DNA of 64,000 nt from positions 8,244 to 72,243 of the IMG/VR virus record IMGVR_UViG_3300045125_000172; one strand, given 5' to 3'. The translations under genes and the position numbers were made by a program. This document shows positions 37,131 to 48,128 of the stretch, one piece after another; the stretch's first letter is position 1, and every line of letters begins with the position of its first letter. Source of the DNA: a virus. Below the pieces are notes generated by a model. It was not told the origin of the DNA and did not search any database. It was given only the letters and a program-made list of their open reading frames with translations.

Positions 37131-37680
37131 AATAAATACATCCAACTACTATCTTCATATGTCTTATTTGGGGCTCTATTAAAAATTTCGTTTGTTGCTT
37201 GCTGCACGGATGGCCATGAATAGTCGTGTCCGGAAATTATTCCTCCATTTTTGATTTTTGGTAACCATGCTAAAATATCTTCTTTTACTGATGAATACTG
37301 ATGGTTGCCGTCTATGTAGATAAAATCTATGCTTTGATCTTTAACGAGTTTTACATATTCTATGCTTGGCATTTTATTTTTCTTATATTTGGATTATTCA
37401 GTGCTATCGTATCAAATATCAATTCAGCTTCCTTTAATTCAAGTTCTTGTTTTTCCAAATCAATTATAGAACAATCCTCAGTGTACGGTGTCCAAGGATC
37501 AACGCAATTAACAATACTTTGAGGAAAACTCTGCGCTATAATAGATGAGCTTGCTCCACAGTAACTACCAATCTCTATAATTTGTATATTATCATTTAGA
37601 ATACTAAATACATTCGAACACAAGTGTTTGAGTCCGTATTCATGTATACCTCCACGTAAATTATATGTTAAATTATACAT
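37127..37680 (-). CDS. Class I SAM methyltransferase (Methyltransf_24-like), frameshifted
   Basis: IEIGSYCGAS, IDFIYIDGNHQYSSVKEDI..W, GGIISGHDY. Confidence 0.85.
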
Positions 37681-37681
37681 A

Positions 37682-38407
37682 TTAATTGATGCTTTCTAAA
37701 ATTTTTAGATCTGGTATTTTATGATGCCATTCTGGATTATTTTCCATAAAGTCTATTCCTTTTCCTTTAATTGTTTTACAGATAATCACGTTTGGATTGG
37801 AATTATAATTACTTTGTGCAATACAATATTTTAATTTTTCATGGTCATGACCATCGATTGTTATACAATTCCAACCAAAAGAATTGAATTTAAAATGAAT
37901 CTCTCCAAGATCCAAAGCACGATCTCCTGAATGGTTATAATCCAAAAAACAATATAAATTATCTAATTTATGATTAGATGCTAATAAAGCAGATTCCCAG
38001 ATTGTTCCCTCATTACACTCTCCGTCTCCTATAACAACATAAATGTTTCCTTTTTCTTTTTTAATTTTTTTTGCTAGAGCCATCCCTAAAGCTATCGGTA
38101 GTCCGTGTCCCAAAGATCCTGTGGATGCTTCTATTATAGTGTTATTGGAGCATGGATGTCCGCCAAAATTAGAGTCAAACGAACAAAAATTTTCAAGTAA
38201 ATTTGAATCTATTTTTTTGAAATGCTCTAGTATCACATATAATCCGAGCGCAGCATGACCCTTGGATAATACGAATCTATCTTCTTTTTGTATATTAAAG
38301 TATATTACATATAATATATCTAAAATAGATAAAGAACTTGGTATATGTCCTTCTTTACTTTTATGTGCCAATTCCAATATTCTTTTAATCAGTATATTCT
38401 TATCCAT
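37682..38407 (-). CDS. Transketolase-like, N-terminal (ThDP-binding) subunit
   Basis: GHIPSSLS, FVLSKGHA, STGSLGHGL, GDGECNEG (ThDP motif), KTIKGKG, WHHK. Confidence 0.9.
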   Translation of the reverse strand: MDKNILIKRILELAHKSKEGHIPSSLSILDILYVIYFNIQKEDRFVLSKGHAALGLYVILEHFKKIDSNLLENFCSFDSNFGGHPCSNNTIIEASTGSLGHGLPIALGMALAKKIKKEKGNIYVVIGDGECNEGTIWESALLASNHKLDNLYCFLDYNHSGDRALDLGEIHFKFNSFGWNCITIDGHDHEKLKYCIAQSNYNSNPNVIICKTIKGKGIDFMENNPEWHHKIPDLKILESIN

Positions 38408-39556
38408 TTATGGTACCATTTACTATATTACAAATTTTAGTAATATCGTCACAAGATAACGATGGATGATTTGGCAAATACATTCCATATTTATGAATAA
38501 TTTCTGCAAAAGGATAATCTTGTTTACCATATATATTTGTATAAAACGGCTGACGAGATATGCTTCCACATACTAGTGGTCTACATTCAATATTATTTTG
38601 TATTAAATTTTTAGCTATATTATTTCTATTAGGATGTATTATAGGATAAGCAAAGTTACTAACAAAACTATCAGATTTTATTTTCCAAAAATTATTTTCA
38701 ATTAATGAATCATATTGTAAGAAAATTTCATATCTTTTTTTATTTTTTATATTAATGGTATCTATTTGTTGTATTCCTAAAAAGATTGTATTTCTGTTGG
38801 TCTAAGATTGAAACCAGGATAATAAAAAGTATATAAACTATCAAATTCATCTATATGATATTTATTTCTTAGTTCTTGTGCTGTATTTATCGAAAGATCT
38901 CTATCCCATCCATGAGATCTAATAGATAATATTATTTCATAAAGATTAAAATCATCTGTGGATATTAAACCGCCCTCTATTGTGGAAAAATGGTGTCCAA
39001 AATATGTAGAAAATGTAGAGATGTCTCCGAAGCATCCAGTTTTTACATTATTGTATAAAGATCCAACACTTTCGCATGAATCTTCGAGTAATATAACATC
39101 ATATTTTTTACAAAGTTCATTAATTTCATTAAAACTATTTGGAAATCCTAATATATTAGCTACCATCAAGCATGCTGGATTATGTTCACGAAATATTGTT
39201 TCCAAATGATTTATATCAACACCGAGGTTACAACGATCACCATCGCACAGTATTATTTCAAAACCAAACTGTATTGCTGGACTAATTGTTGTTGACCAAC
39301 TAAGACAAGGCAAAACTATTTTTGAATTTTTTAGTCTGCCAGAAATTTTCATGGCGTATACCATTAGAAGATTAGCAGACGATCCAGAGTTTACAAAGAC
39401 TGAATATTTTCTACCCAGCCACTCGGACCATTTTTCTTCAAATTGTATTGTCAATTTATCCTTAGTTAATCTAGGATATGTAGATAGCCATGAGCATAGT
39501 TTATCTATGTCTGTGTTTGTTATAGTGTCTTGAGCTAATTTGATTTGTTTTGACAT
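38400..39556 (-). CDS. DegT/DnrJ PLP enzyme, ColD/perosamine-synthase-like (frameshift near 38777)
   Basis: FVNSGSSANLL, LLEDSCES, FSTYFGHHFSTIEGG, LRSHGW, FNLRPTEI; continues ECRPLVCGSI..LPNHP. Confidence 0.88.
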
Positions 39557-39649
39557 TATTTTATCTAAATGGAAGTAAACTATATTTATGTTCTGCTATC
39601 AAAGATCCATATTTAACAGTATCTATTATATTTTCTTTACCTATAAAAT

Positions 39650-40434
39650 CTAATAATACGTTTGACATAATTTTTCCGGATCTCCAAAATTATTATTATC
39701 AAATTCTTTAATCATTCTAAATAAAGTATTTGAATATTGATTCATTATATGAGATCCGCCAAATGCTATTTTATCGTTATTTGGCCCTGGTATATACAGC
39801 TTATCATTATTAAGCTGATCCAATCTAATAACTGTGTCGCATATTGTTATATCAAAAAACATATCTGGTCTTAATCTGAAGACCCAATCATATTCACAAT
39901 TATTAATATATTCTTCCTGTAATTTTAGTAGATTTGCTCTATATATTAGATAGAACATTTTTGATGATCCTATAACCCCATTATGTATTCCTCGTCCATC
40001 CCAATTATAGGTCTTATTAGTTAATATATTATATTGTAGTGGAGAAAATTTTGATGCATAAAAGTTGTAATCATTTATATCTACTGATTTTGCTTGAAAA
40101 TTATCTATAATATCGGAAATATTAACATCTATTTCACTACTTCCTGGTTCTGATAGTCCGTGTGCTCCTGACCAACAATTTGCGCTGTTCTGTTTATTCC
40201 AAGTCGAAACAAACACATCGACTTTTCCATATCTACTAATTAGATTTTTAAAATCCAGATAATTTTTTGTAATTCTTTTATAATCTCTTATATGTCCGGA
40301 TATACAAAATGCTATTGATAGGTTATCTTTTTTTGATTTTTCTGGATTTAGATGCTGTTGTATTATTTTTTCTGCTTCTATAATTTGATTATAGCGTTTT
40401 CTAAAAATATTTTTTGTAAATATTTACTGTACAT
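39650..40434 (-). CDS. Hypothetical glycan-related protein
   Basis: IAFCISGHIRDY..VDVFVSTW..YDWVFRLRPDM motif set, common in polysaccharide loci. Confidence 0.5.
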
Positions 40435-40443
40435 TATTAATTT

Positions 40444-41804
40444 CTATAAATTATACTTTATAAACATTTCTAGATCTTCTGGTGTACCTAAACCCCACAT
40501 ATTTTTAATATGATAAGTTCTAATTTTTTTATTATCCTGTATAGCTTCATTATACACAGGACATACGTAGAACTCGTTATTGACACGAATATTTTTATCT
40601 ATCATTTGTTCGGCATAGTTTACGAAATCTTTGCCTTTGTTCCAGTAATAAATTCCTACTGTGGCTATATTAGATATGGGTTTTTTCTCTGCAACTTCGG
40701 TAACTAGATTATCTTTATCTAATTTAACAAATGACCATTTAGGATGAGTAGATTCAAAAGTTAATATGCAACCATCTAATTGAGTATTTTCCATACTATA
40801 CATAAAATCTGAACTATTCCAATCAATATATTGGTCAGAATTTGCTATTAGCAGAGGATTTTCATTGTTTATAAAATCTTTTGCCAAAAGCACTGTTCTA
40901 GCTGCGCCATCTGTGATATCATTAACTGTTAATATTTTACATTTTGGTGAAATTATTTCTAAAACATATTTTAGATTAAACTCTTCATAATGTTTTTGCT
41001 GAACAATAAAGATATAATTAGCATCTATATTCAAATTATCAATAATTCTTTTTATCATAGGCTCGCCATTAACATCTATTAATGGTTTTGGAAAAGAATA
41101 TCCTGCTTTTTCGAATCTTGATCCTGCACCGGCCATAGGGATAACTATATTAAGTTTATCATTAATCCATTTGTTTTGATGAGATTTTTATTTATGATCA
41201 TGATTTTAGACAACAAAGATAAGTTAATATCTTTACTATTTTTTACTCTTATAGTATATGCCCCACTGTTTTCAGCTGCTTGAATACCTATTGGAGAATC
41301 TTCAATAATTACTGTTTGTTTTGGAGAAACACCAGCTGATATCATACATTTAAGATAAATTTCTGATGATGGTTTGGCAAGAATTACATCATTATTAGAA
41401 TAAAATAAATCTATATACTTTAGATAACCTGTATAATGTAGAGTCAATTTAACAGTTTCTCTGATGCTATTAGAAGCTACTGCTAAAATAAATCCACTAT
41501 CTTTTAAAGCTTTAAGAGTCTCAAGAATAGTATTGCTCGGCGTTATTTTTGCTATATATTCTATTGTTTTTTTCTGTTTATTAAGATAAATTGTTTTATG
41601 ATGATATTCTGGAAGTCCTTTATTTTTTGTTAAGAGTTTCAATTTATCAAATGTTTTCATACCATCATATATAGAAATATGTTCATTATATGATATTACA
41701 AACGAATCATCTACTTCTTTAATAGCATCATTTAAAGCATGAAAATGGATATCTTTCATGTCCACCAACACACCGTCTAAATCAAAAATTATTAATTTAA
41801 TCAC
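40444..41804 (-). CDS. HAD phosphatase + sugar-nucleotidyltransferase (probably one fused gene, frameshift near 41140)
   Basis: IFDLDGVLVD, LAVASNS, KPSSE, IIEDS; then IVIPMAGAGSRF..PKPLI, ANSDQ, EKKPIS..ATVG, WGLGTPEDL. Confidence 0.85.
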
Positions 41805-41809
41805 AATTT

Positions 41810-42249
41810 ATATAATATTATATAATCGCTACATATCCCATATATGTCACGACTAATTGGTGTTATTGTCTGTATATTGGTCTCTGGCAAAACATTAATA
41901 CTATAACTATTTAATTTGGATCCTGGATAACCCAAACTATTCCTTTAGATGTTATAGTATAACTATCATTTTGATGCCAAAAAAAATTTAAAAATTTATG
42001 ATTATTTTCTGAAAAAAATAATAATGCATCAGAGTTTTTGCAATGTGTCCATATTTTTGGATTTATAAAAAAATCATATTTTACTTCATGCTGTGGGCTA
42101 TCATGACCGAGCAAAAATTTTCCATTTATATACCAAACATCAATCTCAACATCAAATCCTAGATCTAATGCTTTTGCTATATATATTGGATTATTTTCTT
42201 GATCAATAATTTTACCAAATATATTTCCTCTATGTGCTATATATTTCAT
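41810..42249 (-). CDS. GDPD-like phosphodiesterase
   Basis: YIAHRGN, GFDVEIDVW, LGHD, WTHCKN; end approximate. Confidence 0.7.
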
Positions 42250-42833
42250 GAGCGTTTGAAATAGATATAAGCTCTGTTACCATACATATCAATCGGTTGT
42301 ACATTTGTAATGTTAAAATTATTCTTTTTCAAGAAATCGATAGATTCATTTATTGAATTTTCATTACTATATATTGAATCTGGAACAATACTTGCTGTCA
42401 TTCTGCCTTCAGATAAAATATTTATATATTGTCCTAAACCTTCCAATACACGCATATCATTTCCGTTAGTATCTGTTTTTATATAATCTATACAATTAAT
42501 TGGTTGTTCAAGTGTTTTAATAAAATCGTCTAGTCTAATTACTGGAATTTTGATTTGTTCAATAATAATAAAGTCGTTCCTTCCTGGCCAAAAATTAAAA
42601 GCATTATCAGAAAAATTTAGTAAAGAACTTAAATTGTGATCTGTTATTCCAGCGATGTTAAATTTTGATATATCATCATAATTTGATACTGCTTTTTTAG
42701 TAACTAAGCAGGATTTATCTATAATTTTATCTGCTAGTTCTGATATTGGTTCAAAGCAATATACCTTTGAGCTTTCGTCTAAAGATGCATATTCGTGAAA
42801 TGTACTACCAGTACCGATATCAAAAATAATCAT
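42246..42833 (-). CDS. FkbM-family methyltransferase
   Basis: IFDIGTG, VYCFEP, VIRLDDF, IDYIKTDTNG. Confidence 0.75.
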   Translation of the reverse strand: MIIFDIGTGSTFHEYASLDESSKVYCFEPISELADKIIDKSCLVTKKAVSNYDDISKFNIAGITDHNLSSLLNFSDNAFNFWPGRNDFIIIEQIKIPVIRLDDFIKTLEQPINCIDYIKTDTNGNDMRVLEGLGQYINILSEGRMTASIVPDSIYSNENSINESIDFLKKNNFNITNVQPIDMYGNRAYIYFKRS

Positions 42834-43156
42834 AAAACTTCTGTAAATTTATCGTTTGGGCATGATGGTATTTTTATAACACACGTTGTGGTGTCTTCGA
42901 TACAAATAAAATCTGTAGATTCATTAGGAGTTATTTCTATAATATCATTGATTTTGTATCTCTCATTATTCATTAATACAGAACCTTCTATAATGACAGT
43001 GTACTCGGTTGCTATTTTATGAAAATGTTTTTGTTCTTTGTCTCCGGCTTTATATCTTTTAATAGCTACTTCAAAATTATCCAATTTTAGTATAGAGTTG
43101 TCGAACATACCAATAAACCAGCCTTTTGTAAAATTTTCTAATGAATATTTTTTCAT
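42830..43156 (-). CDS. Cupin-like protein
   Basis: GWFIGMF, HFHKIATEYTVI, VIKIPS. Confidence 0.65.
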   Translation of the reverse strand: MKKYSLENFTKGWFIGMFDNSILKLDNFEVAIKRYKAGDKEQKHFHKIATEYTVIIEGSVLMNNERYKINDIIEITPNESTDFICIEDTTTCVIKIPSCPNDKFTEVL

Positions 43157-43880
43157 AATAAATTATCTGATGTAAAAGGACTTCTATGATTAACAGTATG
43201 AAAATCTATAGAAGGCACCCATGTTCCATCAATCGCGCCAATATTTTGTATTCTAGATATAGATGGTTTAATTTGATAAAAATTCATATCTTTATTTTGA
43301 AATATATTTTCATCTAAATATGTGTCCCAAGAAGAAGAGTTATTCTCCCTATTACAATCCGGTGTCCAATTATTTAAAAATATATCAAATTTGTGTCTCC
43401 AAAAGCACAACCCCAACAAGTAAAATGTTTTTGTTCTAAAACTTTTGATAAATCAGCATTCTCCAAAGAATCTGTTTTGTTATATCCTGCAATAGATATT
43501 ATTTTTGAATCATCATGGTATTTTTCTAGATAAGTAGTATAAAAACTAATAGCATCTTTAGACAAAACAGTGTCATCTTCTAGATGAATTGTGGCATCGT
43601 TTTCTTCTAATGACATATTTATTGCTTGTCTAGTATTAGCATTGCATCCTATGGATGGTGAATTTATCAAGAATTTTGTTTTTATCCAATCTATATCTTT
43701 TATCATAGATGGTATTGTATCATCATAATAGTCTATAGATATATACAATACTGTTTTTGATGTATCTAATCCAGAATACTCAAGACTTGCAAAAAGACTA
43801 TCTAAAACATTTTCTAGATAATCAGCTCTTCTATAACAAGTCATAGAGATACCAATGGTTTTATTTATCTGATATAACAT
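43153..43880 (-). CDS. Glycosyltransferase, GT2/GT13-like (frameshifted)
   Basis: TCYRRADYLENVL, ISID, IGCNAN, IHLEDD (DxD-like), FTCWG, SRIQNIG. Confidence 0.7.
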
Positions 43881-44320
43881 CTTTTAAAGATTTTTTAGGT
43901 ATATTTTTAAAATATTCTTCACCATAATTTACAAATATTTCTTCTCCACTCTTAATAGGTTTTAAAGCTATGATATCAGCATATAATTGAGTAAAGTTAA
44001 ATGATGTTTCGGCATTGTTGTCGTCCTGATGATTATACATCATACCGTTACCAGCAACCATAAAAATAAAAATCCATGGTTTTTACAGTCATTGCAGTCA
44101 CATAATGGTTTTGGGTAACAGTATTTCCATACGGATGGTTCCAATTGATATCTGGATCTATTCATCAAAGGAATCAACGGACACCTTTCAATAATTTCAT
44201 TTTGGTCTATATCTGATATTGCCATTACTCCTCTGCCGTCTATTGGAGACATAAATAACTTAATTTTAGAATTTACAAAAAATTGAACCGGCTCTGCGTC
44301 TTTTTCTCTATGTTTTCCAT
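43861..44320 (-). CDS. SET-domain protein (frameshifted)
   Basis: SPIDGRGVMAISDI..EIIERCP; MYNH; IIALKPIKSGEEIFVNYGEEYF. Confidence 0.85.
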
Positions 44321-44337
44321 TATTATGTTACCTTATA

Positions 44338-44868
44338 TTAAATATTAAAAAAATACCATCTATTATAGTTGTTGATCTTAGCATCACAGTTGATATAATC
44401 TAAATAGTCTTTTATATCATTCCAATTTGAGAAAATCATCTCATGAGGAATAGTTCCGAATAACCAATCGGGAGTATTCTGTTTTCCCTGAACCATATGT
44501 ATTATTATAGGTTTCTTCTGTCTATTTGCCCAAAAAATTTCTTCATAAGTTCCACATGGATGTATATCGAGATCCAAATTAACTATTAAAAAATCACTAA
44601 TATCAACCAATCTTAAATCTATAGCACGTATAGTTTTCATCAAAGATGATAATTCATCATATTTTCTTTCTGATTTTAGTTTAATTTTATGCTTATGTGT
44701 TTCTTCGTCTTCTTTGCCAAGAGATGTTGGCTTTTTAATTGGATTGAATACAATAATGTCTAAACTTTCTAAAAATGGAGTTATATTATCTCTCCATCCA
44801 TTTCCTCTATCTGCAACTCTATCCATAGCACCAGCCAAATAGACTCTTTGATGTTTCAATCTATTCAT
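44338..44868 (-). CDS. Nucleoside 2-deoxyribosyltransferase-like protein
   Basis: VYLAGAMD, IVFNP, DLRLVDISDFLIVNLD, CGTYEE. Confidence 0.75.
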   Translation of the reverse strand: MNRLKHQRVYLAGAMDRVADRGNGWRDNITPFLESLDIIVFNPIKKPTSLGKEDEETHKHKIKLKSERKYDELSSLMKTIRAIDLRLVDISDFLIVNLDLDIHPCGTYEEIFWANRQKKPIIIHMVQGKQNTPDWLFGTIPHEMIFSNWNDIKDYLDYINCDAKINNYNRWYFFNI

Positions 44869-44940
44869 TTATCCTGTCCAGCCTTTGTATGCTCCATAAA
44901 AATTCCAAATAATACAATATAATAATATAAATAATTTATT

Positions 44941-45489
44941 TCACTTGACATAAATATATACAGGAATTTCTGTCCAAATATCCTCAATTAAATTTTCAAT
45001 AAAATTCCAATTACCACCAGCTAAACCAGATCCAAATTTTGGTGCATGTATTTCATATTTATTATCATTAATATCATTACTAGATAATAATAATATTTTG
45101 TTCTTAATATCGTTCATACAAAAGACAAGAGATCCATAGTTAAGTGGTCTAATATTTTTTACATTAACAACACCATCTTGTGCTATCATATTACACACGA
45201 CTAGTTTTGTTTTTGTATTATTATTATGTAATACGCTTATATATTGATTATGGCCAAGAGATGCTTTGTTTCCAAGAAGATGAAAATTTTCTTTAACTAT
45301 TGGAAATTTCTCTCCTATATACTTTGCAAATCCAGCCCCAAATAAATTAATATTATTGCAAACATGAGGAATAATTACAGTTGTGGGACTATTAATTGAA
45401 TTTAGTCTATCAACAGCAGATTGAACAATATCATGTTTTGAATATACAATTTTATTGTTAGACAATTTTTTCTTTATATAATTAGCCAT
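44941..45489 (-). CDS. Macrodomain protein (Appr-1-p / DarG-like)
   Basis: IIPHVCNNINLFGAGFA, VCNMIAQ, IHAPKFGSGLAGGNW. Confidence 0.85.
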   Translation of the reverse strand: MANYIKKKLSNNKIVYSKHDIVQSAVDRLNSINSPTTVIIPHVCNNINLFGAGFAKYIGEKFPIVKENFHLLGNKASLGHNQYISVLHNNNTKTKLVVCNMIAQDGVVNVKNIRPLNYGSLVFCMNDIKNKILLLSSNDINDNKYEIHAPKFGSGLAGGNWNFIENLIEDIWTEIPVYIYVK

Positions 45490-45703
45490 CACCATTTCTC
45501 CAAAGGACATTTTTGATCAGCCCATGCTAGTTTATTTAAGAAAACTTTTTTCTTGTTATGTTACATCCACAAACCAAACATTGATTGTTTTCGAACTTGT
45601 CGCAATTCATACATATTTCATATCTTTCATTAATCAATGATTGTGAACTTTTTGGAAGTCCTGCTTGAATATGAAAAAATAAAGATTTTAAAAGGTCTTT
45701 ATT

Positions 45704-46117
45704 CTAGGAAATAAGGTTTTCATATACTGGTAAAAAATTATTGTCCTGATTAATAAAATATAAAGAAGTTGTTTTGACTACTAAATTAGGCTTAAGCCAT
45801 CTAGCATTACCATTTTTCATAGAAAAACACAATCTAGAACCATCTTTTTTACTGTCTTGTGTGATTAAGAACAACTCATTAGAGTAAATAAATGTTCTGC
45901 CGCTAGGAATTTCTTCAATATAAAAATCCCGATCCTGAATCAGATTCCCATTCGTCCCATAGTTCTTGTGCTCTGAGTTCATTTTTTTAAGTTTATATTG
46001 TTTCTTTTGTTTATTCTGAGCGTATTGTTCTTCCGATACGTCAGCCTTTTTGTTTTTTGTGTTGTTTTCTACAACTTTTCTTTTTGGTTTTTTGTCTGGT
46101 TCTTCAAAGTGATTCAT
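45704..46117 (-). CDS. Probably two small hypothetical proteins fused by an indel
   Basis: Basic N-terminal half, unrelated C-terminal half. Confidence 0.4.
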   Translation of the reverse strand: MNHFEEPDKKPKRKVVENNTKNKKADVSEEQYAQNKQKKQYKLKKMNSEHKNYGTNGNLIQDRDFYIEEIPSGRTFIYSNELFLITQDSKKDGSRLCFSMKNGNARWLKPNLVVKTTSLYFINQDNNFLPVYENLIS

Positions 46118-46225
46118 ACGTTATCCTATACTTACATTGTATTATATGAGATGTTCTCAAATAGTCAAGACTATGAATAGAAAAATTTTTGGTTGACAAC
46201 ATGAAAAGATCTCTTTATAACTTAT

Positions 46226-47131
46226 TCAGAGTTGGCTTATTACTGGTTCTATTAGGGTTATGTTATCTTGTTTTTTCTTGTTATGTCTTTTAAAGATATC
46301 AATAAATTCTGTGCTATTTTTAGGTTTATCTATATTGTTAGATTTGCAATAGTCCAAATATAGAGCCGCACATCCAACAGCAAACGGATTTGACATACTT
46401 GTTCCACTCATTATAGAATAACTGTTATTAGGAACACTGCTTAATATATTTTCTCCTGGAGATAAGAAATCTAGTTCATCTCCGAAGCATGTAAAATCTG
46501 ATATTTTAAGATTCTCATTAATTGATCCAACTGCTATAGTCTCTTTATATTTTGCGGGATACATAACCGGATGATCCAGACCCATGTTACCAGCCGCACA
46601 AAAAATTAATACATTGTTTTTTACAGCATATTTTATCGCTTGATATACTTCTGAAGAATTATCTTCTGATCCTAAAGACATAGTAATAATATCACTGGAC
46701 CTATCAACAGCCCAGACTATTGCTTTTGCAATATTAGAATTATTTCCATTTCCCTGAGAATCTAATGCTTTTATCGGTATAATTTTTGCATCTGGAGATA
46801 CTCCCACAATTCCTTTAGAGTTATTAGAAGCGGCTATTATTCCTGCAACATGCGTTCCGTGACCATTATCATCTTCTGGATAATTAGTATTATTAATAAA
46901 ATTATATCCATTTAATAAATTATTCTTTATGTCTTCATGATTTAAATCGCATCCTGTATCTATGATCGCAACCTTAATATCTTTTCCAGTATATGACTTC
47001 CAGTTTTTATTTACATTAAATTTTAATATTTGCCAACCAAGTATTTGACAGGAGCTGGCATTTAATCCATATATTTTTTCCTCTTTATATGGTAATAAAC
47101 TACAATTATCTTTTTTTAATCTTTTTTTCAT
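46226..47131 (-). CDS. Subtilisin-like S8 serine protease
   Basis: IDTG, HGTHVAG, AAGN, GTSMS catalytic motifs. Confidence 0.92.
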   Translation of the reverse strand: MKKRLKKDNCSLLPYKEEKIYGLNASSCQILGWQILKFNVNKNWKSYTGKDIKVAIIDTGCDLNHEDIKNNLLNGYNFINNTNYPEDDNGHGTHVAGIIAASNNSKGIVGVSPDAKIIPIKALDSQGNGNNSNIAKAIVWAVDRSSDIITMSLGSEDNSSEVYQAIKYAVKNNVLIFCAAGNMGLDHPVMYPAKYKETIAVGSINENLKISDFTCFGDELDFLSPGENILSSVPNNSYSIMSGTSMSNPFAVGCAALYLDYCKSNNIDKPKNSTEFIDIFKRHNKKKQDNITLIEPVISQL

Positions 47132-48126
47132 AAGATCTTAGAGGCTATTAAACATCCTTTAGATACAGCGTGTAGAGGATCACTAGAGTGACAAACTTCT
47201 TTGACTGCTAATGGAAAATGATTTTCAGATAATTTTTCAGTAAATTTTTCAATATAACCTTTTGCTTGAGATGTTCCACCAGCAATAACAATTTTTAGAG
47301 GATTTTTAAACTTTGGTAATAATTTATGTCCAGTTAATGCTACAGATAATTGTTTGGTGGTATAGTCTATTAATCTGTCATAATAAGCAGATACTGCCTC
47401 AAGCACAGGATTTGGGTTGGTTTCACCTATTTTAAATTCACCGCCCTCCTTCTCTGCTTGAACAACACTGTCTGGCTCTCCGGTCGCTACAGCGCGCCAT
47501 ACGATCAATCCAATCGCCGGACTTGGTTGTGCTAAAAGTGACAGTTGGTTCACCGTTCAACATCACGCAAACATTAGTCATACCAGCACCACAACTAATA
47601 GCAATACCAGTATAATCCTCATTTTCTAATTCAGCATAACACAGCGCTTCTGCTTCATTAATTGATCTAGCATCATACCCACATTCTGCTAAAACTGTTT
47701 TTACAACATCCTCATGATATCCAACATCAAAATCTTCATCCTCTTGATCTACTGGTTGTGCTGGTACGCAAAATACTAATTTTTCTCCTTCTTCCGATGC
47801 TGTTCCAGCAACTTCTTTAAGAATAAAGGCTAGAATTCTTTTGCGTCTTTTTCTTTAGCAGAAACAACGCCCCTATACATGGGCCTTTTTGCTGTATCAT
47901 TTCTTTCCACTGCTTTTTCTATAGCATCTTTTCCTAAAATAATAAATGAACCATCGCTATCTTTTATAAATACTTTTCCATTTAATCCCTTCTCTATCAT
48001 CTTTGTGGCAACAGGAGTTGTTGGTTTGATTACATAAAAAGCATCACGGAAATCTTTATATTCTATATTACCATTTTTTTCTGTAGATAATACTATAAAA
48101 CTCGTACCAACATCTAATCCGGCCAT
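47128..48126 (-). CDS. Actin-fold ATPase (MreB/ParM/MamK-like), frameshifted
   Basis: GLDVGT (phosphate 1), INEAEA (connect), SCGAGMT (phosphate 2), IAGGTS (adenosine), assembled across three frames. Confidence 0.75.
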
Positions 48127-48128
48127 AA

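Noticed and set aside
36141-37145. Transketolase-epimerase fusion (C-terminal TIVLTGASGLIG)
   Set aside because: The Rossmann motif belongs to the next gene starting near 36266; the transketolase stop was probably lost by an indel.
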